NCBI GenBank assembly: GCA_023247915.1
Contig: JAHFFN010000002.1
Coordinates: 1,202 to 65,201, forward strand
DNA: 64,000 nucleotides
Origin: Candidatus Omnitrophota bacterium
Lineage (GTDB): Bacteria; Omnitrophota; Gorgyraeia; 2-02-FULL-51-18
Direction: 5' to 3'
Each line of letters begins with the position of its first letter. Position 1 is the first letter of the stretch. Under the pieces are notes generated by a model, which ran no database searches, was not told where the DNA came from, and saw nothing but the letters and a program-made list of their open reading frames with translations. Of the stretch, positions 38,238 to 48,281 are shown piece after piece. Position numbers and translations under genes: made by a program.

Positions 38238-38840
38238 ATGAAATTATTTTGCTTTCCCAGGTCCGGCAATTCCCGTGAGGTAAAGATTGTGCTCGCGGAG
38301 AAAAACATCTCTTATGAGCCCATCAATGTGCATGGCGATCCGGCAATCAAGGAATCTCCGGAGTTTAAAAAAGCCAGCCCTCAAGGCAAAGTTCCCGCGA
38401 TTATCGACGGGGATGTTTATATGTCGGAAGCTTTTTTGATCAATCAGTATTTGGATAAAAAATATCCGGCGCCGGCTCTGATGCCCAAAGATGAAAAAAC
38501 ACAGCAAGCCATTATTCAATTTGTCTCGCAGATTGATAAAAAAATGGTGTTGAATATCGGACTTTTGGTCATCGAGTGTCTCTTAAAGCCCAAAGATCAA
38601 CAACGTGAGGATTTTAAGGTGGCCAAACGCGCGGAAGTGGTGGAAGGTCTCCGGGAGCTCGATCGGATGGTGGAAGAGAAAGACTATTTGTTTGGAGATT
38701 TCTCACTGGCGGATGTCGCCGTGACACCGCATATTTCCGCGCTCCCTATTTTGGGTACGGGGATTCCCGCAGAATTTAAAAACGCCACCGCCTGGTTTGA
38801 ACGCATCAAAGCCCGGCCGAGTTTCAAAGCCTCTGCTTGA
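38238..38840 (+). CDS. glutathione S-transferase family protein
   Basis: 200 aa. The thioredoxin-like N-domain carries GKVPAIIDGDVYMSEAFLINQYLDKKYP, followed by a helical C-domain. Confidence 0.8.
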   Translation: MKLFCFPRSGNSREVKIVLAEKNISYEPINVHGDPAIKESPEFKKASPQGKVPAIIDGDVYMSEAFLINQYLDKKYPAPALMPKDEKTQQAIIQFVSQIDKKMVLNIGLLVIECLLKPKDQQREDFKVAKRAEVVEGLRELDRMVEEKDYLFGDFSLADVAVTPHISALPILGTGIPAEFKNATAWFERIKARPSFKASA

Positions 38841-40006
38841 ATTTTGAACTTCTGATAGAAAAAACCGCTTTTGGCGGTGAGGGAATCGGCCATGTGGACG
38901 GCAAGACTTGCTTTGTCGAGGGGGCTCTCCCGGGTGAGAAAGTCGAAGTTCGTCTTCTCCAGGATAAAAAAAATTTCTTAAGAGCCAAAATCGTTAAGAT
39001 TTTAAACGCTTCTCCGGAGCGCATTCAAGAGCCTTGCGCTTATATTCGTTCCTGTGGAGGCTGTCAGTACCAGCACGTGACTTACGCGGGCGAACTCAAA
39101 ATCAAGGAAGCTCAGGTCAAAGAAGCGCTGCGGTATTTGACGTCCTCTGATCCGTCTGTGATGAAGCCCATCGTTGCCTCCCCCAAAGAATACCGTTATC
39201 GCAACAGCGTGACTTTGCACGCGTTTTCGGATCCTCCGCCAAAAAATGCTGCGCCACTGGCGTTTTTTGGCCGTGATAATGTTTCTAAAGTCGTCATCAA
39301 GGACTGTCTTTTGGTGGATGAGGGGCTAAAACCTGTTTTTGGTGAGAAATTCAGGATTAAATCACCCAAAACAAAGATCAGTTTCAAACTTTCAGAAAAA
39401 GGAGAGATATTTTCGGACGCCGCTTCTCAGTTTTTTCGGGTTCGGGTCGATGACCGTCTTTTAATGGCTGGCTCCGAAGGTTTTTTCCAAAATAATTTAG
39501 AAGTCACCGCGCAAATCGCCAAAAAAGTGTCCGAAAAAATTTCTCTCATGAAACCCGGCGTTTTTTTTGACCTTTATGCGGGCGTGGGAACTTTTTCTGT
39601 TTTGAGCGCCGCCTCCGTCCCCAAAATTTACGCCATCGAAGAGAGTAAACCCAGTCTCGACGCGCTTCGCATGAATAAAGAAGAAAACAAATTAGCTTCT
39701 TTGGAAATCATCCCCGGCCGCGTCGAAAAAGTATTTCCTGATTTTTTTAAAAAAAATCCTTCGGAAAATACCGTTTTGTTTCTAGATCCTCCGCGCCAAG
39801 GGCTAGGCGGCGACTTGCCCGGATTTTTAGCGGAAGCGGAGGGGATCAAAGGGCTTCTGTACCTGTCTTGCGACCTCATGACACTGGCGCGTGACCTTAA
39901 AACGATTTTATCTAAAGGCCGTTATCGCTTGGAAGAAGTGATCCCTTTTGATATGTTTCCACACACCAAACATATCGAAGTTTTAGCGGTTTTGGTTCGC
40001 TCTTAA
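38837..40006 (+). CDS. TRAM-domain 23S rRNA (uracil-C5)-methyltransferase, RlmD/RumA family
   Basis: TTG start overlaps the GST stop. The N-terminal TRAM domain reads GGEGIGHVDGKTCFVEGALPGEKVEV. The Fe-S cysteines are CAYIRSCGGCQYQH. A SAM-MTase core (FFDLYAGVGTFS, LDPPRQG) follows. Confidence 0.85.
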   Translation: MNFELLIEKTAFGGEGIGHVDGKTCFVEGALPGEKVEVRLLQDKKNFLRAKIVKILNASPERIQEPCAYIRSCGGCQYQHVTYAGELKIKEAQVKEALRYLTSSDPSVMKPIVASPKEYRYRNSVTLHAFSDPPPKNAAPLAFFGRDNVSKVVIKDCLLVDEGLKPVFGEKFRIKSPKTKISFKLSEKGEIFSDAASQFFRVRVDDRLLMAGSEGFFQNNLEVTAQIAKKVSEKISLMKPGVFFDLYAGVGTFSVLSAASVPKIYAIEESKPSLDALRMNKEENKLASLEIIPGRVEKVFPDFFKKNPSENTVLFLDPPRQGLGGDLPGFLAEAEGIKGLLYLSCDLMTLARDLKTILSKGRYRLEEVIPFDMFPHTKHIEVLAVLVRS

Positions 40007-40064
40007 GTCGCTTTTTTGCTATATTGATTGTGAAGTTAGATATTTTTTAACCAGCGAGGGGCTC

Positions 40065-41924
40065 ATGGAACTTTTAAAAGGCAAAGACAATGTCGAGAAA
40101 GCTAAATCCTTAGAAGTCGCCGAAGATGCCCGCGAAGAACAGTGGAAACACCCCAGTTTTGTCAGCGATCTTTTTACCGGCAAAATCCAATGGGGCATGA
40201 TTTTTCCTTTTCCTGAACAGTCCGCCGACGATAAAAAAATCGGCGATGACTATCTCAAAAAACTCGAACCTTTTTTAAAAAATAATCTAGACGCCGACGC
40301 GGTCGATCGCACGGGTTTGATTCCGGACTCTGTCATGAAGGGACTGGCGGAGTTGGGCTGTTTTGGCATGAAAATCCCCAAAGAATACGGGGGACTGGGC
40401 TTTTCCCAGATCAATTACAATCGCGCGGTAGCCATGGTTGCCAGTCATTGCGGCTCCACTGCGGTGCTTTTATCCGCCCACCAAAGTATTGGCGTGCCTC
40501 AGCCTCTCAAAATGTTTGGAACGCCCGAACAAAAGAAAAAATATCTTCCTCTATTTTCAAAAGGCGCTGTTTCAGCCTTCGCGTTGACCGAACCGGAAGT
40601 AGGATCGGATCCCGCCAAGATGAGCACCACGGCGACTCCTACCGAAGACGGCAATCATTATCTGATTAATGGAAAAAAACTCTGGTGCACCAATGGAACC
40701 ATCGCGGATGTGCTTGTGGTGATGGCCAAAACGCCTCCAAAAATTGTAAAAGGCAAAGAAAAGACGCAAATCACCGCGTTTATTGTTGAAAAAGGAATGC
40801 CGGGTTTTGAAGTGTTGCATCGTTGCAGTTTTATGGGTCTTAAGGGCATTCAAAATGGGTTGCTTGAGTTTAAAAATGTAAAGGTTCCCAAAGAAAACAT
40901 TATTTTAGGATTAGGGCAGGGACTTAAGTTGGCTCTGGTGACTCTGAATACCGGCCGTTTGACAGTGCCGGCCGCTTGTACCGCGATGGCCAAGAAGTCG
41001 CTGGTTATCGCCCGCGATTGGTCTAATAAACGCGTGCAGTGGGGCGCTCCCATTGGCCAGCATGAGGCGGTGACCGCTAAGATTTCGATGATGGCGGCGA
41101 TGACATTCGCAATGGATTCTGTCACGTGGCTGACGTCGGCGATGGCGGATCAGGGAAAAGCGGACATTCGTTTGGAAGCGGCGATGGCCAAGCTTTTTTG
41201 CACCGAAGCGTCGTGGCGTATCGCGGATGACTCGGTTCAGATTCGCGGTGGCCGTGGTTATGAAACGGCGGATTCGCTGAAAGGGCGCGGCGAGGAGCCT
41301 ATCCCGGTCGAACGTTTTATGCGTGATTGCCGTATCAATCTGATTATTGAAGGTACGAGTGAAATCATGCGGCTTTTTATCGCTCGCGAAGCGATGGATC
41401 CGCATTTACGGAGAATTTTCCCGATCATGAGTCCCAAAACACCGCTAGGCCAAAAACTTTCGATGGCGGTCTCCGCGTTTGCTTTTTATACGTTTTGGTA
41501 CCCGAGACAGTGGATGTATTTGTCCCGCTGGCGCAATCACACCAAGGTTTCCGGCGCGATTCGCACGCATATTCGTTTTATTGAAAAGACCAGTCATAAA
41601 CTCGCTCGCGAACTTTTCCATGCGATGGCGATTCATCAAGAGGGGCTTGAAAAGCGTCAACAGCTTTTGGCGCGCTTTGTGAATATTGGCACCGATCTTT
41701 TCGCGATGGCGGCTTCTTGTTCGCGCGCGGCGCATCTTTTAGGCCAAACACCTTCGGATCGAGGGCCGGAAGAGCTGGCGGATCTTTTCTGCAAAGAAGC
41801 CACGCTTCGCATCAAACGCGAATTTCATGCCCAGCGTGAAAATGATGACAAGATGATTTATAAAATCGGCCGCAAAATGCTGGAAGGCAAGTATCAGTGG
41901 CTGGAGACTGGGATTGTCCGCTAA
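40065..41924 (+). CDS. acyl-CoA dehydrogenase family protein (long form with C-terminal extension)
   Basis: 619 aa with ACAD blocks FALTEPEVGSDPAKMSTTA, KLWCTNG and IRGGRGYE. RBS GAGGGG precedes the ATG. Confidence 0.9.
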   Translation: MELLKGKDNVEKAKSLEVAEDAREEQWKHPSFVSDLFTGKIQWGMIFPFPEQSADDKKIGDDYLKKLEPFLKNNLDADAVDRTGLIPDSVMKGLAELGCFGMKIPKEYGGLGFSQINYNRAVAMVASHCGSTAVLLSAHQSIGVPQPLKMFGTPEQKKKYLPLFSKGAVSAFALTEPEVGSDPAKMSTTATPTEDGNHYLINGKKLWCTNGTIADVLVVMAKTPPKIVKGKEKTQITAFIVEKGMPGFEVLHRCSFMGLKGIQNGLLEFKNVKVPKENIILGLGQGLKLALVTLNTGRLTVPAACTAMAKKSLVIARDWSNKRVQWGAPIGQHEAVTAKISMMAAMTFAMDSVTWLTSAMADQGKADIRLEAAMAKLFCTEASWRIADDSVQIRGGRGYETADSLKGRGEEPIPVERFMRDCRINLIIEGTSEIMRLFIAREAMDPHLRRIFPIMSPKTPLGQKLSMAVSAFAFYTFWYPRQWMYLSRWRNHTKVSGAIRTHIRFIEKTSHKLARELFHAMAIHQEGLEKRQQLLARFVNIGTDLFAMAASCSRAAHLLGQTPSDRGPEELADLFCKEATLRIKREFHAQRENDDKMIYKIGRKMLEGKYQWLETGIVR

Positions 41925-41929
41925 CGGCT

Positions 41930-42484
41930 ATGTCGAAAAAAGCGGTGGTTTTACTAGCGGAAGGATTTGAGGAAATCGAGGCGGTCACACCGATCGATAT
42001 CTTGCGCCGCGCGGGTGTGGAAGTAACCATCGCGGGACTTGGAAGTCTTGAAGTGACCGGTGCTAAAGGAATCACCCTTAAAGCGGATATTGAGCTTGAA
42101 AAGTACAAGGAATTGCCCGATGCGGTGATTTTACCCGGGGGTTCTCAAGGCGCCTCCAATCTTGGGCATTCGGAGGCGGTTCGGGCATTGCTCTTACGAA
42201 TGAACGAAAATCAAAAAATTATTGCCGCCATTTGCGCGGCACCTGCCATGACATTGGTGAAGCCAGGCATTTTAAATGGAAAAACAGCCACATGCTACCC
42301 GGGCTATGAAAAAAATTTCACTGCCAGCACCCGTTTTAGCGAAGCCAGAGTGGTGAAAGACGGTCGCGTGATCACAAGCCGTGGACCGGGAACGGCCTTG
42401 GAGTTTTCTCTGGAACTCGTGCGTCAGCTGGTGGATGAAGCCACGGCTGAAACCATTCTTCAAAAAACACTCGCCAAAGTCTAA
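41930..42484 (+). CDS. DJ-1/PfpI (ThiJ/YajL) family protein
   Basis: MSKKAVVLLAEGFEEIEAVTPIDILRRAG plus the nucleophile elbow IAAICAAPA. ATG 41930 follows the upstream stop (41922-41924); the ORF-track start at 41897 would overlap it. Confidence 0.85.
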   Translation: MSKKAVVLLAEGFEEIEAVTPIDILRRAGVEVTIAGLGSLEVTGAKGITLKADIELEKYKELPDAVILPGGSQGASNLGHSEAVRALLLRMNENQKIIAAICAAPAMTLVKPGILNGKTATCYPGYEKNFTASTRFSEARVVKDGRVITSRGPGTALEFSLELVRQLVDEATAETILQKTLAKV

Positions 42485-42487
42485 CCA

Positions 42488-43411
42488 GTGGCCGCCCTCG
42501 AAAACGTTTTTTCATGGTCCAAATCCCGGGACGAACAATTCACCGAATGTCAGCGGAAATATTATTACGATAAATACGCCTCCTGGGGCGGCTGGGATAA
42601 AAACGCGCCCACCCCGATGCGCATGGCTTATGTTCTAAAAAATCTAAAAAACCGTTGGGCCTGGAAAGGCGAAACGGTGCATCACATGATTGAGCAAGTG
42701 TTAAAGGCTATGCGCAGTGGGGAAGTGATTCCATTTGAGACGGCCAAGGAACAGCTCAGCCAAACCATGCGCGCCAATTATAAATCCTCCAAAGCCAAAA
42801 AACATTGGGAAGACCCCAAACGGAATCTGGGGCTGTTTGAAATGGAGTACGCCAAGGACATTGATGATAAAACTTGGAAAGAATTTCACGACAGCTCCGT
42901 AGAGTGCCTTAAAAATTTTTATTCCTCAAGTCTCTATCAAGAATTGCTCAAAGAAGACAAAAAATCCTGGCTCATCATCGAAGATTTGGAAGAATTTGAA
43001 TTTGACGGCGCCAAAGTGTATGTGAAGCTTGATTTTGCCCGTAGAAAAAACGGGAAAATAGAAATTTTTGATTGGAAAACAGGCAAAGATGACGGGCAGG
43101 CGGCCGCGGTGCAAATTGGCACCTACGCGATGTACGCGATGCGAAAATGGGACGAACCACTGGAAAATATCCGCGCGTTTCTTTTTAATCTGGGTTCAGT
43201 CTCGCCGGTGGCCAGCGAACAAACAGTAAGCCAAAAATTAATCAATGAGACGCTTTTAACCATGTCCGCCAGCATCAAAAAAATGCGAGCGCTTCTTTCC
43301 AATCCGGATAAAAATATTCCCCTACCTGCCGCGCAATTTAAGTTTACCGACAATGAACGACTCTGCAATTACTGCAATTTTTATAAAATCTGCGAAAAAT
43401 ACTCTAAATAA
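42488..43411 (+). CDS. PD-(D/E)XK nuclease superfamily protein (RecB/Cas4-like with Cys cluster)
   Basis: The N-terminal Cys context is FTECQRKYYYDKY. The D...(D/E)xK core reads KVYVKLDFARRKNGKIEIFDWKTG. The C-terminal cysteines are CNYCNFYKIC. There is no CRISPR array or other cas gene nearby. Confidence 0.7.
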   Translation: MAALENVFSWSKSRDEQFTECQRKYYYDKYASWGGWDKNAPTPMRMAYVLKNLKNRWAWKGETVHHMIEQVLKAMRSGEVIPFETAKEQLSQTMRANYKSSKAKKHWEDPKRNLGLFEMEYAKDIDDKTWKEFHDSSVECLKNFYSSSLYQELLKEDKKSWLIIEDLEEFEFDGAKVYVKLDFARRKNGKIEIFDWKTGKDDGQAAAVQIGTYAMYAMRKWDEPLENIRAFLFNLGSVSPVASEQTVSQKLINETLLTMSASIKKMRALLSNPDKNIPLPAAQFKFTDNERLCNYCNFYKICEKYSK

Positions 43412-43448
43412 ATCCGTTTTTCTTCCCGCTTTTTAAGCTCTATTTTTG

Positions 43449-43457
43449 TGTTATAAT
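43449..43457 (+). promoter_or_regulatory. extended -10 promoter candidate (TGnTATAAT) for the tusA-like operon
   Basis: TGTTATAAT at 43449-43457 lies in an AT-rich intergenic region 55 nt upstream of ATG 43512. No good -35 hexamer is present. Confidence 0.35.
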
Positions 43458-43511
43458 AAAGCCCTAAGAGTTTTTATATTAATTCTATAAGCCATTTATT
43501 ATCAATAAGTT

Positions 43512-43751
43512 ATGAATAATATAAAGCCGGTTTCATCCTTGGATTGCTCGGGTCATTTATGTCCGGTACCCATTCACATGACGGAAACGAAAATAAAAGA
43601 ACTCTCCGGGGGTCAAATTCTGGAGGTTATTTTCACGGATCCGGGGGCAAAGCCGGATCTCCAAATGTGGTGCCGCGTGAACCGGCATGATTTTTTAGAG
43701 TACCGGAAAGAAAAGGCCAAACATTTTTTGTACATTAAAAAGACGGGATAA
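43512..43751 (+). CDS. TusA/SirA-family sulfurtransferase-like protein
   Basis: 79 aa with the CPxP active-site context LDCSGHLCPVPIHMTETKIKEL. Confidence 0.8.
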   Translation: MNNIKPVSSLDCSGHLCPVPIHMTETKIKELSGGQILEVIFTDPGAKPDLQMWCRVNRHDFLEYRKEKAKHFLYIKKTG

Positions 43752-43754
43752 AGA

Positions 43755-44723
43755 ATGAATCAGGGACTTGAGAAAAATATTAAGAAGGCGGTGGCCGCGA
43801 TCCGAAAGGCCAAAAAAATCGCGGTGATCGCGCATAAAAATCCTGACGGAGATACGATCGGGTGTCTTTTGGCGTTGGGGCTTGTGTTTTTAGGCATGGG
43901 GAAAAAAGTAAACCTGCTTTGCCAGGACGCGGTGCCGACGCGCTATCAATTTTTGCCGGGCAGTGAGCTTGTGCTTTCTCGAGTTCATGAAAAGCCGGAT
44001 CTGGCGATCTCGGTGGATTGCGGCAGTATTTCTCAGTTGGGGCTGATGGCGAATATTTTTTGCTCGGCGCCGAATACGATTCAAATCGATCATCATGATT
44101 TTGGAGAGGCGTACGGGAAAATCCAAGTGGTCGAGCCGGAAGCGGCGGCTGTCGGAGAAGTCGCGTATGAAATTATCGAAGCCTTGGGGATCAAAATTTC
44201 TCAAAGTATCGCGCTCTGTCTTTTAACCTCGATTGTCGTGGATACTGGCTCCTTTCGTTTTTCGAATATTCGCGCCAAGACTTTTGACATCTGCTCAAAG
44301 CTCGTCAAAACCGGAGTCGATCTTCAGGCTTTGATTGAAGACGCCTATTGGCGCCGAAGCCGGGAAGTGGCTAAACTCACCGGGTATTGTCTTCAAAACA
44401 CCTCTTTTTCTAAGGGCGGCGAGATTGCTTGGGCGGTGTTGAATCAAAAAAATTTCAAACAATTCTCCGCAGGGCTTTCCGACGCGGATGAGGTGGCGGA
44501 TGAACTTCGTTCTATCGAGGGCGTCAAAATCTCAGCACTTTTTCGGGAAACCCCGACCAAAAAGTTTCGTGTCAGTTTGCGCTCTAATTACGGAATCAAC
44601 GTCGCCAATGTGGCCAAGCGTTTTGGCGGCGGCGGGCATCACAATTCCGCCGGCTGCAGCATCGCGAGCACAGACCGGGAATTAAAAAAATTGTTGGGCG
44701 AACTGGAAAAGTTGGTTCACTAG
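43755..44723 (+). CDS. nrnA: DHH/DHHA1 phosphoesterase (NrnA-like oligoribonuclease/pAp phosphatase)
   Basis: DHH motifs are IAHKNPDGDTIGCLLAL, ISVDCGS and IDHHDF. The DHHA1 motif is GGGGHHNSAG. Confidence 0.8.
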   Translation: MNQGLEKNIKKAVAAIRKAKKIAVIAHKNPDGDTIGCLLALGLVFLGMGKKVNLLCQDAVPTRYQFLPGSELVLSRVHEKPDLAISVDCGSISQLGLMANIFCSAPNTIQIDHHDFGEAYGKIQVVEPEAAAVGEVAYEIIEALGIKISQSIALCLLTSIVVDTGSFRFSNIRAKTFDICSKLVKTGVDLQALIEDAYWRRSREVAKLTGYCLQNTSFSKGGEIAWAVLNQKNFKQFSAGLSDADEVADELRSIEGVKISALFRETPTKKFRVSLRSNYGINVANVAKRFGGGGHHNSAGCSIASTDRELKKLLGELEKLVH

Positions 44724-44728
44724 AGATT

Positions 44729-45946
44729 ATGAAGCACATCGTGATTATCCCGGATGGTATGGGAGACAAACCGGTGGCGGCGCTCGGAGGGAAAACGCCG
44801 CTGGAGGCCGCCTCGACCCCCAATATGGATTATTTCGCGTCCCGCGGAATCATCGGTCTGAGCCGGAACATCCCCGATGGCTATGTTCCGGGGACGGATA
44901 TTGGTTGTATGAGTGTTTTTGGCTACGATCCCACCAAATACTTCACAGGCCGCGGGCCTTTGGAAGCGGCTGAGCACGGCATTGATCTTAAAGAAAATGA
45001 GATCGCCTTTCGCTGTAATCTTGTGACCACCGAAGGGGAGTTGTTAAAAGATTTTAGCGCCGATCATATTTCCACTCAGGAAGCCAAGCAGCTTTTAGAA
45101 CCCTTTAGCGCCGAAATCAAAAAAATTTACGGCCAGAAAGTCCGCTTTTATCCCGGTCATGGCACCGGCTATCGCAATCTCATGATTTGCGAGGATCCGG
45201 ATCGTACGTTGGACAAGGTTCGTTGCACGCCTCCGCATGACATCATGGGGAAAAAATACGCCGATTACTTGCCACAAGGAAATGCGGCCGGACTTCTTTT
45301 GGATCTCATGACGCGCTCGGAAAACTTTTTTAAAAATCATCCGGTCAATCGCAAACGCGTTCAAAACGGTAAAAGCCAGGCCAGCCGCATTTGGCTTTGG
45401 GGGCAAGGGTTTCCTCCGTCTTTTCCTTCTTATTATCAGCGTTATGGGTTTCATGGCGCGGTGATCACGGCGGTGGATTTGGTGAAAGGCATGGCGATTC
45501 ACGCGGGATTGGATGTGATCAAGGTTCCGGGAGTTACCGGTTATTTTGACACCAATTATGTGGGGAAAGCCGAATACGCGATCAACGCGTTGCGTAGCCG
45601 TGATTTTGTCGTGATTCATATTGAGTCCACCGATGAAGCCGGCCATATCGGGGATCCTCAACTTAAAATCAAAGCGATTGAGGATGTGGATCGCTTGGTA
45701 CTGGGGACGCTTCGCGCGGGGTTATCCGAATTTAAAGATTATAAAATTATGCTGATGCCGGATCATTTTACCTGTGTTGAGACGAGGACACATTCCAGTG
45801 ATGCGGTGCCGTTTTTTATTTATTCCACTCAAGATGAAAAAAACGGCGACAAAAAATTTTCAGAAACCACAGCCGCTTATTCGGGCGTTAAAATTTTAGA
45901 AGGACATACGGCGATGGATTTTTTTATAGGCGCCGCCAAATGCTGA
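44729..45946 (+). CDS. apgM: cofactor-independent phosphoglycerate mutase, archaeal-type (ApgM family)
   Basis: MKHIVIIPDGMGDKPVAALGGKTPLEAASTPNMD, plus the metal-site blocks HIESTDEAGHIGD and MPDHFT. Confidence 0.85.
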   Translation: MKHIVIIPDGMGDKPVAALGGKTPLEAASTPNMDYFASRGIIGLSRNIPDGYVPGTDIGCMSVFGYDPTKYFTGRGPLEAAEHGIDLKENEIAFRCNLVTTEGELLKDFSADHISTQEAKQLLEPFSAEIKKIYGQKVRFYPGHGTGYRNLMICEDPDRTLDKVRCTPPHDIMGKKYADYLPQGNAAGLLLDLMTRSENFFKNHPVNRKRVQNGKSQASRIWLWGQGFPPSFPSYYQRYGFHGAVITAVDLVKGMAIHAGLDVIKVPGVTGYFDTNYVGKAEYAINALRSRDFVVIHIESTDEAGHIGDPQLKIKAIEDVDRLVLGTLRAGLSEFKDYKIMLMPDHFTCVETRTHSSDAVPFFIYSTQDEKNGDKKFSETTAAYSGVKILEGHTAMDFFIGAAKC

Positions 45947-47058
45947 TTGTGGGGGCGGGGTTCGCGGGACTTTCGACCGCGTATCACTTGGCCAAGAATG
46001 GCGTTAAAAATATCGTGGTTCTCGAAAAAGAAAACAAGCTCGGGGGGCATGCGTCCGGCCGGAACGCGGGGATGATACGGCAGGCGGTCGCGGATCCGGC
46101 GCTGGCGGTCATGGCGATCGAGGGCGCGCAGGCTTTAAGAAAGGCTGAAGCCAATGGGTGGAATCTGGATTATTCCCAGACAGGCGCGCTCTTTCTTTCG
46201 GATGCCCAAGGGAAGAAGGGGCTTGAGGCGATTCGACGCACCCTGACCTCACAAAAAGTTCGTTCTTTATATCTTAGCCAGGCACAAGGCGCTAAACGCG
46301 TCCGCATTCTTTCAGGAGCGGATTTTTCGACGGCTCTTTTTTGTCCGTCCGACGCGAAATTGGATATTGAAAAGTTACTGCGTGCGTTTTTGTCCCAGTT
46401 AAAAAAAATGAATGTTCGTATCCTTTTAGGGCATGAAATTTTAAGCGTGAAAAAAAACGGGCGCTTGTTTAAGATTAGAACCGGGCGCGCGGTGTTTGAA
46501 AGTGAGATTCTTGTGAATGCCGCCGGGGCTTGGGCGACATCTTTAGCGCAAATGGCGGGCGCTTCGCGAATGCCGCTCAAAGCGTATCGCCGGCATTTGT
46601 TCGAGAGTTCGGGGTTTAAAGATTTTAAGAGCACTTGGCCGTATGTATGGCATTTGGATCAAAATTTTTATTTTAGACCGCTCAAAAAAGAGCTTCTTTT
46701 GAGTCCTTGTGATAAAACTTTATGCAAGGTTGGCAGGCATTCGAAAAATCAAAGCGGTGAGGCGATTGACCCAAGCCTCAAGCAACAGCTTTTAAAAAAA
46801 ATGAGTCGGTTTTCGTCGAATTTTAAGGATTTAAAGCTGGGTAAAGCCAAATCAGGGCTTCGAACCATGGCCCCGGACGGACGTTTTGTGATCGGCCAGG
46901 ATCCGAAACTTTCCGGATTTTACTGGGCGGCGGGTCTTGGCGGGCATGGGGTGACAACCAGTTTTTCCGTCGGCCGTTTGACGGCGGATTTGATTTTAGA
47001 AAAAAAAGTGGATGCCGGTTTGGCGGCCGCGTTGTCACCGCGGCGTTTTAAAATTTAG
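45940..47058 (+). CDS. FAD-dependent oxidoreductase (DAO family)
   Basis: The N-terminal Rossmann motif is IVGAGFAGLSTAYHLAKNG...VLEKE, and the C-terminal block is GLGGHGVT. The substrate is not assignable. Confidence 0.75.
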   Translation: MLIVGAGFAGLSTAYHLAKNGVKNIVVLEKENKLGGHASGRNAGMIRQAVADPALAVMAIEGAQALRKAEANGWNLDYSQTGALFLSDAQGKKGLEAIRRTLTSQKVRSLYLSQAQGAKRVRILSGADFSTALFCPSDAKLDIEKLLRAFLSQLKKMNVRILLGHEILSVKKNGRLFKIRTGRAVFESEILVNAAGAWATSLAQMAGASRMPLKAYRRHLFESSGFKDFKSTWPYVWHLDQNFYFRPLKKELLLSPCDKTLCKVGRHSKNQSGEAIDPSLKQQLLKKMSRFSSNFKDLKLGKAKSGLRTMAPDGRFVIGQDPKLSGFYWAAGLGGHGVTTSFSVGRLTADLILEKKVDAGLAAALSPRRFKI

Positions 47059-47067
47059 GAGAACAGG

Positions 47068-47868
47068 ATGTTACCCAAAGTAGATTATCACATGCACACG
47101 CCGCTCTGCGGCCATGCGGTCGGAGAACCTTCCGAATACGTGGAGCAGGCCTTGAAAGTAGGGCTTTCTGAAATTGGTTTTTCGGATCACGCGCCTTTGG
47201 TTTCTCATGAAGACGCGCGTTACACGATGAATCACCGGCAGTTGCCGCTTTATCATGAAATGATGGATCGCGTCTGTAAGAAATATCCTAAGTTTACGAT
47301 CAAAATCGGCATTGAGGCCGACTATATTCCCGGCTTTGAGAGCCAGACCAAGGCGATTGTGGACGCTTATCCGTATGATTTTGTGATCGGGTCGATTCAC
47401 TTTATTGATGCGTGGGCTTTTGACGATCCTGATGAGCAGATCAAGTGGAAGGATAAGAACATCGACCAGGTGTACCGAGACTATTATAAACTGCTTCGCA
47501 TGTCCGCCGAGTCCGGTCTTTATGACATCTTGGGGCATGTGGATCTGGTGAAAAAATTTGGGCATCGTCCTGAAAGCGATATGCGGGAAGAGATACAAAA
47601 GACCGCTCAGGTTTTTAAAAAATCAGGCATTACGGTGGAGATCAACACCTCAGGTCTCCGGAAACCCGTAAAAGAAATTTACCCGGCGTTGTCCGTATTA
47701 AAAATTTATCGGGAGGCCGGGGTGCCGATCACTTTTTCTTCGGATTCTCATGACCCGAAAGACGTGGGTCGGGACTATGACAAAGCCTATGCGCTCGCCA
47801 AAGAGGCAGGGTATACGGAGTACAATGTGTTTAAGAAACGTAAAATTGAAAGAGTGGAAAAGTTATGA
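47068..47868 (+). CDS. PHP-domain histidinol-phosphatase (HisJ/HisK family)
   Basis: VDYHMHTPLCGHAVGEP, GFSDHAP, IGSIHF, LGHVDL and the C-terminal SSDSH. RBS GGAG precedes the start. Confidence 0.8.
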   Translation: MLPKVDYHMHTPLCGHAVGEPSEYVEQALKVGLSEIGFSDHAPLVSHEDARYTMNHRQLPLYHEMMDRVCKKYPKFTIKIGIEADYIPGFESQTKAIVDAYPYDFVIGSIHFIDAWAFDDPDEQIKWKDKNIDQVYRDYYKLLRMSAESGLYDILGHVDLVKKFGHRPESDMREEIQKTAQVFKKSGITVEINTSGLRKPVKEIYPALSVLKIYREAGVPITFSSDSHDPKDVGRDYDKAYALAKEAGYTEYNVFKKRKIERVEKL

Positions 47869-48275
47869 CATCACCCATTATCAACACTTCAGGTATTGAC
47901 CATGTCGCGTTAAGCGTTCGGGACTTGGAAAAGTCTTTGGAGTTTTACACGAAAGTGATCGGGTTAAAAATATCTGACAGGGAATACCAGAAGCCGGGCA
48001 CTGAATATTTTCTCGATTGCGGCACTTCGCTTATCGGGTTGATTCAAGGCAACCCCGCCGATGGAGCTCACTTGCTTCAAGACGGCGGACTGGGGGGTAA
48101 TCATGTCTCTTTCCGGGTGGAGACCAAGGACTTTGATAAATTTTGCGAAGCACTTAAAAATCAAGGCGTCATTATCACGTACATGAAAAAGCGTGAACGG
48201 TCTTGGTCTTTGTATTTTTTGGATCCGGATGGAAATAAATTGGAAATCACCGCTTGGCCGTTGGAAGACAAATAG
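47865..48275 (+). CDS. VOC/glyoxalase-family protein
   Basis: 136 aa with IDHVALSVRDLEKSLEFYTKVIGL...NHVSFRV...DPDGNKLEI, typical of the vicinal oxygen chelate fold. Confidence 0.8.
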   Translation: MTSPIINTSGIDHVALSVRDLEKSLEFYTKVIGLKISDREYQKPGTEYFLDCGTSLIGLIQGNPADGAHLLQDGGLGGNHVSFRVETKDFDKFCEALKNQGVIITYMKKRERSWSLYFLDPDGNKLEITAWPLEDK

Positions 48276-48281
48276 GGGGAA